Source: Candidatus Saccharimonas aalborgensis
GTDB lineage: Bacteria; Patescibacteriota; Saccharimonadia; Saccharimonadales; Saccharimonadaceae
NCBI RefSeq assembly: GCF_000392435.1
Contig: NC_021219.1
Coordinates: 660,001 to 692,000, forward strand
DNA length: 32,000 nucleotides
Reading direction: 5' to 3'
Positions 16,535-25,709 of the stretch are shown here, in pieces; position 1 is the stretch's first letter; the number at the start of each line of letters is the position of its first letter. The notes beneath the pieces were generated by a model that searched no databases, had not been told where the DNA came from, and worked only from the letters and a program-made list of their open reading frames with translations. The translations under genes and the position numbers were made by a program.

Positions 16535-18049
16535 TCAAGCGCTTTGTCGATATTGTAAGGCTTCGGCAATATGGGGAATTGATACAGAACTACTACCCTC
16601 TAGGTCAGCAATTGTACGAGCAACTCTCAGTATCTTGAAATAGCCGCGAGCAGTTAGCCCCAATCGGTTTGCTGCAGTATCCAGAAATAGTTTTTCACTC
16701 TGCTTGAGTGGGACGTATCGTCTAATGTCACTAGTTGATAAGGAACTGTTGTTTTTATGACTACTGCCATATCTTTTAATCTGCACATTTCTTGCAGAAA
16801 TGATCGAAGATTGTGCTTCAGAATGTTGTTTACTTGACAACTCATCGGATAAGAGAAGCTTTTCTGTTGGTATTCGAGAAATGGGAATAATCATATCTAT
16901 TCTGTCCAAGAGCGGTCCGGATAGGCGCTTTCTATAGGCTAAAACTTGAGCTTGGGAGCAGGTACACTCGCGCGTCTGATCTCCGTAGAAGCCACAGGGG
17001 CATGGGTTCATTGTCGCAACTAGCATAAAATTTGCAGGGAAGGTTGCTTTAGCATTTGCCCTCGAGATTGAGATAACACGATCCTCAAGTGGTTGGCGGA
17101 GAGCTTCGAGGACGACGCGGCTATATTCGGGAATCTCATCGAGAAAAAGCACTCCTAGATGGGCTAGACTCACCTCGCCAGGCTTTATCTGACTACCGCC
17201 TCCAGTGATGGCCACCATGCTTGAACTATGGTGAGGGGAGCGAAAGGGACGTTCCGTGATGATATCTCCCTCTGTTAGACCAGCGAGTGCGTGCAGTTTC
17301 GTAACCAATAACTGTTCATCAACATCAAGCGTCGGCAGAAGGTTTGCTAATGCCTTTGCGAGCATCGTTTTACCGGCGCCGGGTAGCCCTGTAAACAAGA
17401 TATTATGATGGCCTGCAGCGGCGACAATAAGGGCGCGCTTGGCCTGCTCTTGCCCGTAGATATCATCCAAGAGTGGGGTCGAGGGCTCAGTGACACGACG
17501 ATGTACTTGGTGACGGTATTGTTGTAGAATCTTCTCACCCTTCAGATGGAGGTATATATCCTTGAGAGATGAAATGCCGATTACTTCGATCGAAGAGAGA
17601 AGCTGTGCCTGAGGAGCATTTTCGACAGGCAAATATATTCTTTTTGCTCCAACACGCTTAGCGGTCTCTGCAACAGTAATGGCGCATAGTATAGGACGAA
17701 TCGAGCCATCAAGTGCTAGCTCCCCTGCAAAGACATTGTTCTCGAGCTCTTTTTGTCGTATTTGACCACTTGAAGCGAGTATAGCGAGTGCGATGGGAAG
17801 ATCGTAGTGTGTTCCGTACTTGGGCAGCTCTGCTGGTGCAAGGTTCACCGTGATGCGTCGTGAAGGGTACTCCAAGAGAGAGTTTGCGATTGCACTTTTG
17901 ACACGTTCTTTTGCTTCCTCGATAGCCTTGTTAGCTAAGCCAACAATCTGTAGACTGGGGAGGCCTTTTGTGATGTCACTTTCAACTTCAATGATGTGGC
18001 CCTCAAATCCGACTGGCGCCACAGATAACACCTTACAAACATTTCCCAT
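16535..18049 (-). CDS. comM: ComM / YifB-family Mg chelatase-like AAA+ ATPase
   Basis: GNVCKVLSVAPVGFEGHIIEVESDITKGLPSLQIVGLANKAIEEAKERVKSAI; Walker A GLPGAGKTM; GEVSLAHLGVLFLDEIPEY; NPCPCGFYGD. Start at MGN (18049) preferred over 18067. Confidence 0.94.
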   Translation of the reverse strand: MGNVCKVLSVAPVGFEGHIIEVESDITKGLPSLQIVGLANKAIEEAKERVKSAIANSLLEYPSRRITVNLAPAELPKYGTHYDLPIALAILASSGQIRQKELENNVFAGELALDGSIRPILCAITVAETAKRVGAKRIYLPVENAPQAQLLSSIEVIGISSLKDIYLHLKGEKILQQYRHQVHRRVTEPSTPLLDDIYGQEQAKRALIVAAAGHHNILFTGLPGAGKTMLAKALANLLPTLDVDEQLLVTKLHALAGLTEGDIITERPFRSPHHSSSMVAITGGGSQIKPGEVSLAHLGVLFLDEIPEYSRVVLEALRQPLEDRVISISRANAKATFPANFMLVATMNPCPCGFYGDQTRECTCSQAQVLAYRKRLSGPLLDRIDMIIPISRIPTEKLLLSDELSSKQHSEAQSSIISARNVQIKRYGSSHKNNSSLSTSDIRRYVPLKQSEKLFLDTAANRLGLTARGYFKILRVARTIADLEGSSSVSIPHIAEALQYRQSA

Positions 18050-18115
18050 ATGAATGTAGTAAACCACAGGTGGCGCCTATCTGTAAACTATGTTAAAATT
18101 GTATCAGAAACACAT

Positions 18116-18499
18116 GGGGCTGACTAAGCTTTCGACGTGAGGACTTTAACAGGCTATTTCGGCATACCGACCTCTGACGTAATCAGAATCAATAATTGCA
18201 AACAATTTCTTTGCAAGGCTGTTTGCGCCCCTCAAGGCACAACCAGTACTCGCTTAACAACATGTTAAGCCACGCATTGCTTGATATCTACTGAAGCTAA
18301 TGTCGTGTTATATATCGTAGAATCGGTAGAAGCTGCTTTTACGACAGTTTCTATTTAAACTCTTCGTAAATCACCGTGTTTGCATCTGCGTCGTACTTTA
18401 AGCAAATAATGTGATTAAACAAAGTTGAGTATGACTATGTATGTAGATGAATAGCAAGTTACCTTGCGGACCCGGGGGCAGTGCCCGGCAGCTCCACCA
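18116..18499 (+). ncRNA. ssrA: tmRNA
   Basis: 5' GGGGCTGACTAAGCTTTCGACG and 3' CGGACCCGGGGGCAGTGCCCGGCAGCTCCACCA; acceptor ends pair (GGGGCTG/CAGCTCC). Predicted tag GCA...TAA 18198-18257 = ANNFFARLFAPLKAQPVLA. Confidence 0.92.
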
Positions 18500-18500
18500 A

Positions 18501-18534
18501 CGAAATATACCGACTAATTAGTCGGTATATTTCG
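18501..18534. repeat. Perfect 34-nt palindrome, possible tmRNA terminator or binding site
   Basis: CGAAATATACCGACTAA/TTAGTCGGTATATTTCG, 2 nt after the tmRNA CCA end. Confidence 0.85.
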
Positions 18535-18546
18535 TTTGAACTGTAA

Positions 18547-18577
18547 AAAACAAGCACCTGCGAGTAGTGCTTGTTTT
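18547..18577. terminator. Terminator-like hairpin
   Basis: AAAACAAGCAC...GTGCTTGTTTT with flanking A/T tracts. Confidence 0.7.
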
Positions 18578-19252
18578 ATTCGTGGAGTTTTTGCAAAATT
18601 TGTTTGTTTTTGGCTTCTGTATAATTTTTTTACTCAGAAGCTACCCCTATAATATGACGTCAAACCGCTCATGTCAATGTTTTTCTTGCAAAATAATGAG
18701 TAAAAAATACTACAATTATAATCACTTTTTTCTATAAAAATGTGTTGAGTCCGGTTGGCGCTATATGGAGGGTGTGCATTGCGGCTAATGGTAGGTCTGC
18801 TAATCAGCTTAAGGGCACTATTGTGACGAGACGGGCGGTCGCTCCGCGAATAGTGACTAGACGCATAAAATTTACGCCGTGATGATGAACTGCACGATTA
18901 CGTACAGCCCGTGCTTTTGTATAGAGCTTTCTCCATCGTGACCATCACGCAAAGAAAATCACGGAGCCACAAAATTGCAGTGTTTGAAGGCTTTGAGCTA
19001 GCTAACGAGTACACTGTGATGAATTATCTGAAGGTTATTCAAATGCGATTCGATACAATCATTTGCTATGCTCGATGCCAAAATTGATAGACGGGTAATG
19101 ATCAAAAGAGGGGTGTAATGTAAAAACAATTAATATAAAATATAGATATTATTACAACACAAGATTTATTCGATTTATAAATATCATAAGGTGTAAAAGA
19201 GAGAATATCTGAAAAAAAATAAAAAATTACAACGACTATTAACATATAAATA

Positions 19253-19281
19253 TTGACTTAATTTACTGTTTATGCTAATTT
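19253..19281 (+). promoter_or_regulatory. Promoter of the 19353-23417 cluster
   Basis: TTGACT (19253-19258), 17-nt spacer ending ATGC, TAATTT (19276-19281). Confidence 0.6.
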
Positions 19282-19352
19282 AAAGTCACGGTTTAAAAAA
19301 CAAAAACCTACAACCTTAACAATTAAAGAACCTCTTGTTATCCGGGCGATAA

Positions 19353-20108
19353 ATGAAGTTGACGGAAAAGCAGGTAACGGCACGCAGCCATCGCGGTGAT
19401 AAAACAGAGATGCTCTATCTCGCAGTTGAGCTGTTCTTATGGCGTTACCTATGCTCCGCCAATACGGTAGGTCCTCTATCTACTGGCGTTGTAGCGCGCG
19501 AAAAAAGTACTATCGCGCTTGGTCAATCCTTGGTACGCTGCTTTGAGCGTAATAGGGAAGCTACCAAGCGTGATGTGGAAACTGTCGCAAGGACCTATGC
19601 TCCACATAGTGGAGCGGTCAGTAGCCACGAGCGGTTAGTGCGGGCGACCCTAATAGTTGTTTATAAAGGTGATTCGCTTATTTTACGCACACCGCTCACG
19701 GCTCCAAACAACCTTACTCAGATAATAGTGTATGATAAATACATGCTAGCAAAAATTATTGCTACAGTAACACTATTGTCGCTTGTTATTCTCTCTGCTC
19801 TGTTTCAAGTTACATCGCCATCTAGCGTTCATCCGCTAGTAATATTGGTGGTGTTTATTTTGATATATTTGGTTGCGCTCGGAGCGCTGACATTTTTCTT
19901 ACACAGCATACAGTCCATTATCACATCCATAGGCTATTCTGGAACAAGGGTCAGTCTACGACGCTCTTATTATTTCGCTTCGGTGCTCGCACTCGCTCCT
20001 GTCATTCTTCTAGCGATGTGGTCGATAGGTAAACGAGATATCTACGGCATACTACTCGTGGCTTTATTTGAAGCGGTCGCTTGTTTCTATCTTGCAAAAC
20101 ACCGCTAA
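19353..20108 (+). CDS. Hypothetical protein with C-terminal TM segments
   Basis: 251 aa; several C-terminal hydrophobic segments (MLAKIIATVTLLSLVILSALF, LVILVVFILIYLVALGALTFFL). Confidence 0.6.
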   Translation: MKLTEKQVTARSHRGDKTEMLYLAVELFLWRYLCSANTVGPLSTGVVAREKSTIALGQSLVRCFERNREATKRDVETVARTYAPHSGAVSSHERLVRATLIVVYKGDSLILRTPLTAPNNLTQIIVYDKYMLAKIIATVTLLSLVILSALFQVTSPSSVHPLVILVVFILIYLVALGALTFFLHSIQSIITSIGYSGTRVSLRRSYYFASVLALAPVILLAMWSIGKRDIYGILLVALFEAVACFYLAKHR

Positions 20109-20151
20109 AGCCATACTCTTTTTATATTGTCTATGGTATAATTTAACAGAT

Positions 20152-20589
20152 ATGGAACCAAAGCAAGCAGCGCCAACTGGTGGGTATGAGCGACCCCTTG
20201 TATCTCAAGAGGCCGCAGGGAGCCAACCTGTTTATGATGCCGAGCTGGGCTCACATGGCATGGTTGAACAGAGGGGTGAACGAAATCATGAAGGATTACC
20301 GTTATCTCCCGAAGCCCCGTCAGTGCCAGTACAAGCCATACCTTCTTTGCCGATTCCGCTGCCGGTAGTAGATGACACAGTACAGACGACAAATCTGACG
20401 GCGAATGACGACAGTGGCTTGGTCGCTGCAGATGATGACTTGATTGAGAAAGAATGGGTAGAAAAAGCCAAAAAGATACTCCTTCAAACGAAGGATGATC
20501 CCTATAAACGCGAGCAAGAAGTTAGTAAGCTCCAGATCGAATATATACGCAAGCGCTATGGGCGTACAATTAGCGATGCAGGACAGTAA
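20152..20589 (+). CDS. Hypothetical soluble protein (about 145 aa)
   Basis: Start moved from 20068 to MEPKQAAPTGG (20152), just after TATAAT (20137-20142). Stop overlaps the next gene start. Confidence 0.65.
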   Translation: MEPKQAAPTGGYERPLVSQEAAGSQPVYDAELGSHGMVEQRGERNHEGLPLSPEAPSVPVQAIPSLPIPLPVVDDTVQTTNLTANDDSGLVAADDDLIEKEWVEKAKKILLQTKDDPYKREQEVSKLQIEYIRKRYGRTISDAGQ

Positions 20590-23417
20590 TGGGTAGTTCG
20601 TTGAATGTTTTTATAACGATGTTTGTTGTTGCAAGTTTTATTATTGCAATCTCGGCAATAGCGTTTTTGATGTATCGTAAAACTCTTCGAGAGGCAAAAA
20701 ACTATGAACGGGGACTAAAGATGGTGCCAATTATGATCCATTTGCCCCCCGCAAGTGACGATATCGAGGTAAATAGTCGGGATAAACGCGATGTTACAGA
20801 GGAAGCGCTTTCCCAGGCGAATGTTATGTACAACATAATCTCCAGTACGGCTACTAAGGGGTTTAAGAGTAAGATTTACGGCCAGCGTCACTTATCATTC
20901 GAAATAGTCGCTCGCAACGGATTAGTCTACTACTATGCCGTGGTGCCTGTCGTATTGATTGACGCGGTAAAGCAGTCAGTGGCGGCCGCCTATCCGTCGT
21001 CTCGACTCGAAGAAGTTTCGGAGCACACGGTCTTTAGCCAAGTTGGAAAATTGAGCGGCACGATTGGCGGAGAGTTCACGCTTAAAAAACATTTTTCGCA
21101 TCCAATAGCAACTTACACTGAGTCCAAGCGTGATGCTTCTCGTGCCCTTCTAAATGCTCTCTCTGCTGCGACGCGTGAAGATGGAATTGGTGTACAAATT
21201 CTGATCCGTCCTGCTCGCGAGAACTGGACATCAAGCTCGCGCAGGGCTGTAGAAAAGATAAAAAAGGATCGAGCAACTGGAAAAACGGCTCACGGTGGTT
21301 TTTTTACTCTTAGAGATATGACTGAAGCATTATGGCGTCCACCTAACCCTGCCGAAAACCACCCTACAGAGCATACGGTGAATACGCAACTTACTGCACT
21401 TGAGCAACAAGAGATTGATGCAATCGAGGAAAAAACGCGATATCCTGGCTTTGAGACGTTAGTGAGAGTGGTAGTCTCATCAAATACCGCAGCGCACGCG
21501 CAGGTACTCCTGAAAAATGTCGTATCGGCCTTTTCGCTGTTTGATTCACCAAACAATAATGGGTTCTCGTTTTCGATTTCCAAAAATATTGATGAACTTG
21601 TGTCCGCGTATGTATTTCGTTTTTTCCCCCAAACCCTATCAAGCAATATTCTGAACAGCATTGAGCTGGCCTCAGTTTTTCATTTGCCAGACCAAGATAG
21701 TATCCCTACATCCCAGGTGCAGCGGCAGATGAGCAAGCAGGTTGATGGTCCCACGCAGGTCATGGAAGAGGGGTTGTTACTGGGCTATAACGAATTCCGT
21801 GGGGTCAAAAAACCGATTAGGTTGGGCGATAAAGACAGGCGCAGGCACATACACATAATTGGTCAGACAGGTGTCGGTAAATCTGTATTACTAGAGAACC
21901 TTGCGTATCAGGACATGATGGATGGACGAGGATTCGCATTTATTGATCCTCATGGTGACTCTGTCGAGGCGCTTCTTAGCAAGGTGCCGAAAGAGCGCGT
22001 AGAAGACGTCATCTACTTTAACCCGAGCGACATGGCGAATCCGACGGGGCTTAATATGTTTGAATTTGATCACCCAGATCAAAAAGATTTCTTAGTCCAA
22101 GAGGCGATCGCTATGCTCTATGGTTTGTACGACCCGGGACACACCGGTATCGTGGGACCACGTCTCGAGCATATTTTTCGTAACTGTGCGCTACTCCTTA
22201 TGAGTGATCCAGCGGGTGGTACGTTTATTGACATTCCAAAGCTTCTTGTGGACGAGGAGTTCATGAAGAGTAAATTAAAATATGTTACTGACCAGCAAGT
22301 TCTCGACTTTTGGACAAAAGAATTTCCGGCATCGCAACGTTCGAGTGAGGCGGGTGAGGTAATAAGTTGGGTAGTATCGAAGTTTGGGCCGTTTATTAGT
22401 AATGATGCAATGCGGAATATAATTGGTCAGACAAAGAGTGGATTTAATATTGCCGAGGTGATGAACAATAAAAAAATTCTTCTCGTTAACCTATCTAAAG
22501 GGAAAATGGGTGATCTTAACTCTAAGCTGCTGGGTATTATATTCGTAATGAAGTTTCAGGCGGCTGCGATGGCTCGTGCAAATATGGCAGAAGAGGAAAG
22601 GAAAGACTTTACACTTTTCGTCGATGAGTTCCAGAACTTTGCGACCGATAGTTTCGGGACTATTTTGTCGGAAGCTCGAAAATATAGGTTGAGCTTGGTG
22701 CTTGGTAACCAGTTTATGACACAGCTAAAAGAAGATTTAAGAGAAGCTATTATTGGAAATGTCGGGACAACAGTGACTGGTCGTATTGGTATCACTGATG
22801 CGGAAATTATGGTAAAGCGCTATGCGGCCGCATTTGACGCGGAGGATCTCACTAAACTTCCAAATCACGAATCGGTGGTTGTGGCACAGATACAGGGTGT
22901 TCCGTCTGCTCCCTTTAGCATGAGCTGGATACCGGCGATGGGGCAGGCAAATCAGCAGCTAAGTGATGCACTGAAGCGACTTTCGGCGGCAAAATACGGA
23001 CGCCCAAGAGCTAAAGTTGAGCAGGAGATATTTACCAGGTTAACCGTGAAGAAATCTCTTTCACCACAAACTCCCGGAGGTTTACCTACAATGTCGGGTG
23101 CCCCCGGAGTTGCCGGTATTCCCGCAGCAACATCGGCTTCGTCCGGATCCTCATTTCTTGATGAGTGGCTGGCAAAGCGGAAACAACTTTCGACTGCACC
23201 GGCTTCACAGACTGCTGCGCAGGCAGCTTCTATCGCGAATCCCGTTACAAATACTATCGACACCACCAGCAACGGGCAGGTATTGACCGCTTCACCATCT
23301 ATACAACAAGCAAGCCAGCCGGTCATTCCCGCTACTGGCGTAGTAGAATCCGATAAGCTGACGCTCCGAGGTGGAGATGAAGTGGCGTCTAATGAGGTAT
23401 CAGTAAAGATTCGTTAG
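20589..23417 (+). CDS. VirD4/TraD/HerA-like P-loop ATPase (type IV secretion/DNA-translocation-like)
   Basis: N-terminal TM; Walker A HIIGQTGVGKSVLLENLA; GFAFIDPHGDSVEALL; FTLFVDEFQNFATDSFGTILSEARKYRLSLVLGNQF. Confidence 0.85.
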   Translation: MGSSLNVFITMFVVASFIIAISAIAFLMYRKTLREAKNYERGLKMVPIMIHLPPASDDIEVNSRDKRDVTEEALSQANVMYNIISSTATKGFKSKIYGQRHLSFEIVARNGLVYYYAVVPVVLIDAVKQSVAAAYPSSRLEEVSEHTVFSQVGKLSGTIGGEFTLKKHFSHPIATYTESKRDASRALLNALSAATREDGIGVQILIRPARENWTSSSRRAVEKIKKDRATGKTAHGGFFTLRDMTEALWRPPNPAENHPTEHTVNTQLTALEQQEIDAIEEKTRYPGFETLVRVVVSSNTAAHAQVLLKNVVSAFSLFDSPNNNGFSFSISKNIDELVSAYVFRFFPQTLSSNILNSIELASVFHLPDQDSIPTSQVQRQMSKQVDGPTQVMEEGLLLGYNEFRGVKKPIRLGDKDRRRHIHIIGQTGVGKSVLLENLAYQDMMDGRGFAFIDPHGDSVEALLSKVPKERVEDVIYFNPSDMANPTGLNMFEFDHPDQKDFLVQEAIAMLYGLYDPGHTGIVGPRLEHIFRNCALLLMSDPAGGTFIDIPKLLVDEEFMKSKLKYVTDQQVLDFWTKEFPASQRSSEAGEVISWVVSKFGPFISNDAMRNIIGQTKSGFNIAEVMNNKKILLVNLSKGKMGDLNSKLLGIIFVMKFQAAAMARANMAEEERKDFTLFVDEFQNFATDSFGTILSEARKYRLSLVLGNQFMTQLKEDLREAIIGNVGTTVTGRIGITDAEIMVKRYAAAFDAEDLTKLPNHESVVVAQIQGVPSAPFSMSWIPAMGQANQQLSDALKRLSAAKYGRPRAKVEQEIFTRLTVKKSLSPQTPGGLPTMSGAPGVAGIPAATSASSGSSFLDEWLAKRKQLSTAPASQTAAQAASIANPVTNTIDTTSNGQVLTASPSIQQASQPVIPATGVVESDKLTLRGGDEVASNEVSVKIR

Positions 23418-23446
23418 AAAGGCGTTGCAATGAGCGCAAGCGAGCG

Positions 23447-24016
23447 CTAGCGTCTTCCTGTCACCATTGTCTTTAAGAAGTCAAATACAAGACCAACAAT
23501 CCACCCAAGCAGGAAGAACATCATCGTTTCACTACCGGAAAGAGGATAGCCATTCATTCTGCCTACAAGATAAAACCCCAGAGTGAATAAGAATGCAAAG
23601 AAGGCACCAGAAGCGACTGCGTTTGGACGCGCGACAGTTGATCCAAGTGTCTCGCTGATCTTTTCTACTGTAGGGTTATGAATAACTTTGCTAAACGTGC
23701 GGCTTGAGTTTGACATGTGTGTCCTAACATCGTCCATGGTAGACTCAAAGCTAGCTTCACGCTCTTTCTTTGAAATAGCACCGGGACGTCGTTCTACGCG
23801 AGACACTTCCTCTTTGGGTTCCTTCTCGTGAGCACTACTTGAGGCACTTTCGAGCGCTTCTTTGCGAGCGGTTTCTTGATTGCCTTCATGACCTTTCTCG
23901 GCGGATAAACGTTCTCTTTCGTGAGCTAATCTCTCGTGATGAGCTGTTTCCTCGAGTTGTGGGGCTTCATGCTTAGTTGCTTCGTATTGTTCTGGATTCT
24001 TTTCAATTTTATTCAT
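23447..24016 (-). CDS. Hypothetical protein, charged N-terminus and C-terminal TM hairpin
   Basis: Long Glu/Lys-rich region then SGAFFAFLFTLGFYLVGRMNG...MMFFLLGWIVGLVFDFL; SD GAGGTGG upstream. Confidence 0.65.
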   Translation of the reverse strand: MNKIEKNPEQYEATKHEAPQLEETAHHERLAHERERLSAEKGHEGNQETARKEALESASSSAHEKEPKEEVSRVERRPGAISKKEREASFESTMDDVRTHMSNSSRTFSKVIHNPTVEKISETLGSTVARPNAVASGAFFAFLFTLGFYLVGRMNGYPLSGSETMMFFLLGWIVGLVFDFLKTMVTGRR

Positions 24017-24050
24017 ACACCACCTCTAGATTTGTTTAAAGATATATTTA

Positions 24051-25709
24051 TTAGATAGTACCTGAGTTTAGCTCGCGACGAATGAGACGAACCTCTTTTT
24101 TCATCTGGCGTGAACGTGCATAGAAATAGGATACAACTGCCAGTATAGATCCGGCAAAGAGCATATTCTCCGCGGGACCAGTGTGTGGGAGCTGAGATAC
24201 TGTTTGCTCGATAATTTTTTTCTGAACAGGACAGTCAACCGAGATATCAACTGAGTTGCCAAAGGTATTTGTTATCTTACAATCGTACGATGTTTTGTCG
24301 CTGACACCTTCTCCCATCGCGGGGATGGTATTAAACACTTGGACGGTGAACATGCGAGTCTGTTTTTCTCCAGGCTTTAGGGTAATGGTCGGCCACGTCA
24401 AAACTTTATTTGACAAAGTACCACTGCCGTTATCGATGACGCTTGAATATTCGAGGACATCACTAAGTTCTTCGCGAATTGATACAGATGTGGGAGCGAG
24501 TCCCTTGTTTTCTATATTGAGGCTATACACGACTCTATCAGATGGTTTTGCGACGACACTTGTCGCGTCTTTACCCTGGGTAGTGTTTTGGGCAGTCTTT
24601 GTTTCTACCAGTGAGGCTTTGCATTTTTGATCCTTAATCCAGAGAGTTGCATCTCCCGGACATGGTTGACACTCTGGGTCACTTTTTAGCAATGACGGGT
24701 TTTGTGGACACTTTTCGGGGGCAGCAATGTGAAATGTCTTCGTACAATCATCTCCCCGCATCTCACCCAGAGAGGTTTGTACTACTAACTCAATCGTATA
24801 GTCGCCCTCTACTCCCTTTGAATCGAAGACGTATTGATTGGTGTCTGAAGTAGAAGATGCAGGATGGGTTTCCACTACTATACCGTTTCTCTTAATGACG
24901 TAGGTATATTTGGCGATAGTTGCACCATGATCAACATAGGCTTTCCCATCGAGCTGATAAAGGTTATTTGCGAGGGGAGTAACCGAAAGACGCTCACATC
25001 GTGCCACGGGCTCATACTTACATCTCGCATCATCGGCGGTGATGGTGGTTTTACCCGGTATAGTACACATCTTTGGTGGGGGTGTGCAGTTTGGATAGGT
25101 ACCTACCGTTCCGGCGGGACATTGTGGAGGTGGGGGAACTGTTTTTGTTACTAGGTTTCCACATACTTTCATTAGGCCGAACCAGCCTAACTTTGCCGAA
25201 TATCCTACGTATATATAATAGTTTGATCCTGATGGAGCACTATTCCAAAGGGTCAAGGGCCGATTATAGTAGGTACGCATTGCCCCAGACGATGTCTTAA
25301 TAGTGTATGTCCGTTCTCCCTGGGCGTAGCTAAAGTGGCTAGTTAGTCCCCAGCTGATAAGGCCATCACGTTTTGAATTAAGATATTGCAATTTTGCCGC
25401 CGCCATCTCCTGGCGGGTAATACCTAGCGTATTATAGAGGTCGCGTATATTGTTGGTATTCGCATCGTAGTGATTTAGATAGTCCTGTAGACTAGTGACG
25501 CCGCCATAAATGAAGTTTGATGGGCTGGATGCATTTGCTGATTCGGGAGGTGAAAATACCGCAAATGACTGTACAACGAGTGCGAGTACAGTAAAAATAA
25601 GCCCTATGCGTCGGGTCGTTTCTTCTTTTCGTAGCCTTTTTGCGTAAAACCCAAGCTGACCGACGAGAGCCGGGCTAAATGCGATGTTTGATATTAGTTT
25701 TCTAAACAT
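24051..25709 (-). CDS. Cell-surface protein with DUF11-like repeat and C-terminal LPxTG-like sorting signal
   Basis: N-terminal hydrophobic signal-like segment; DKVVYSLNIENKGLAPTSVSIREELSDVLEYSS; C-terminus LPHTGPAENMLFAGSILAVVSYFYARSRQMKKEVRLIRR. Start 25709 supported by a TAAAAT box at 25768-25763, upstream of 25709 but inside the track ORF. Confidence 0.8.
   Translation of the reverse strand: MFRKLISNIAFSPALVGQLGFYAKRLRKEETTRRIGLIFTVLALVVQSFAVFSPPESANASSPSNFIYGGVTSLQDYLNHYDANTNNIRDLYNTLGITRQEMAAAKLQYLNSKRDGLISWGLTSHFSYAQGERTYTIKTSSGAMRTYYNRPLTLWNSAPSGSNYYIYVGYSAKLGWFGLMKVCGNLVTKTVPPPPQCPAGTVGTYPNCTPPPKMCTIPGKTTITADDARCKYEPVARCERLSVTPLANNLYQLDGKAYVDHGATIAKYTYVIKRNGIVVETHPASSTSDTNQYVFDSKGVEGDYTIELVVQTSLGEMRGDDCTKTFHIAAPEKCPQNPSLLKSDPECQPCPGDATLWIKDQKCKASLVETKTAQNTTQGKDATSVVAKPSDRVVYSLNIENKGLAPTSVSIREELSDVLEYSSVIDNGSGTLSNKVLTWPTITLKPGEKQTRMFTVQVFNTIPAMGEGVSDKTSYDCKITNTFGNSVDISVDCPVQKKIIEQTVSQLPHTGPAENMLFAGSILAVVSYFYARSRQMKKEVRLIRRELNSGTI

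Noticed and set aside
18501-18534. Palindrome as a chromosomal dif site for the xer recombinase
   Set aside because: Perfectly symmetric 34-nt sequence does not resemble the 28-bp dif layout of two 11-bp arms around a 6-bp spacer with a conserved TTAT arm; a terminator or other role is simpler.
19353-23417. Integrative conjugative element inserted at the tmRNA 3' end
   Set aside because: Despite a VirD4-like ATPase and proximity to ssrA, there is no integrase, relaxase or VirB4 and no visible duplicate of the tmRNA 3' end nearby.
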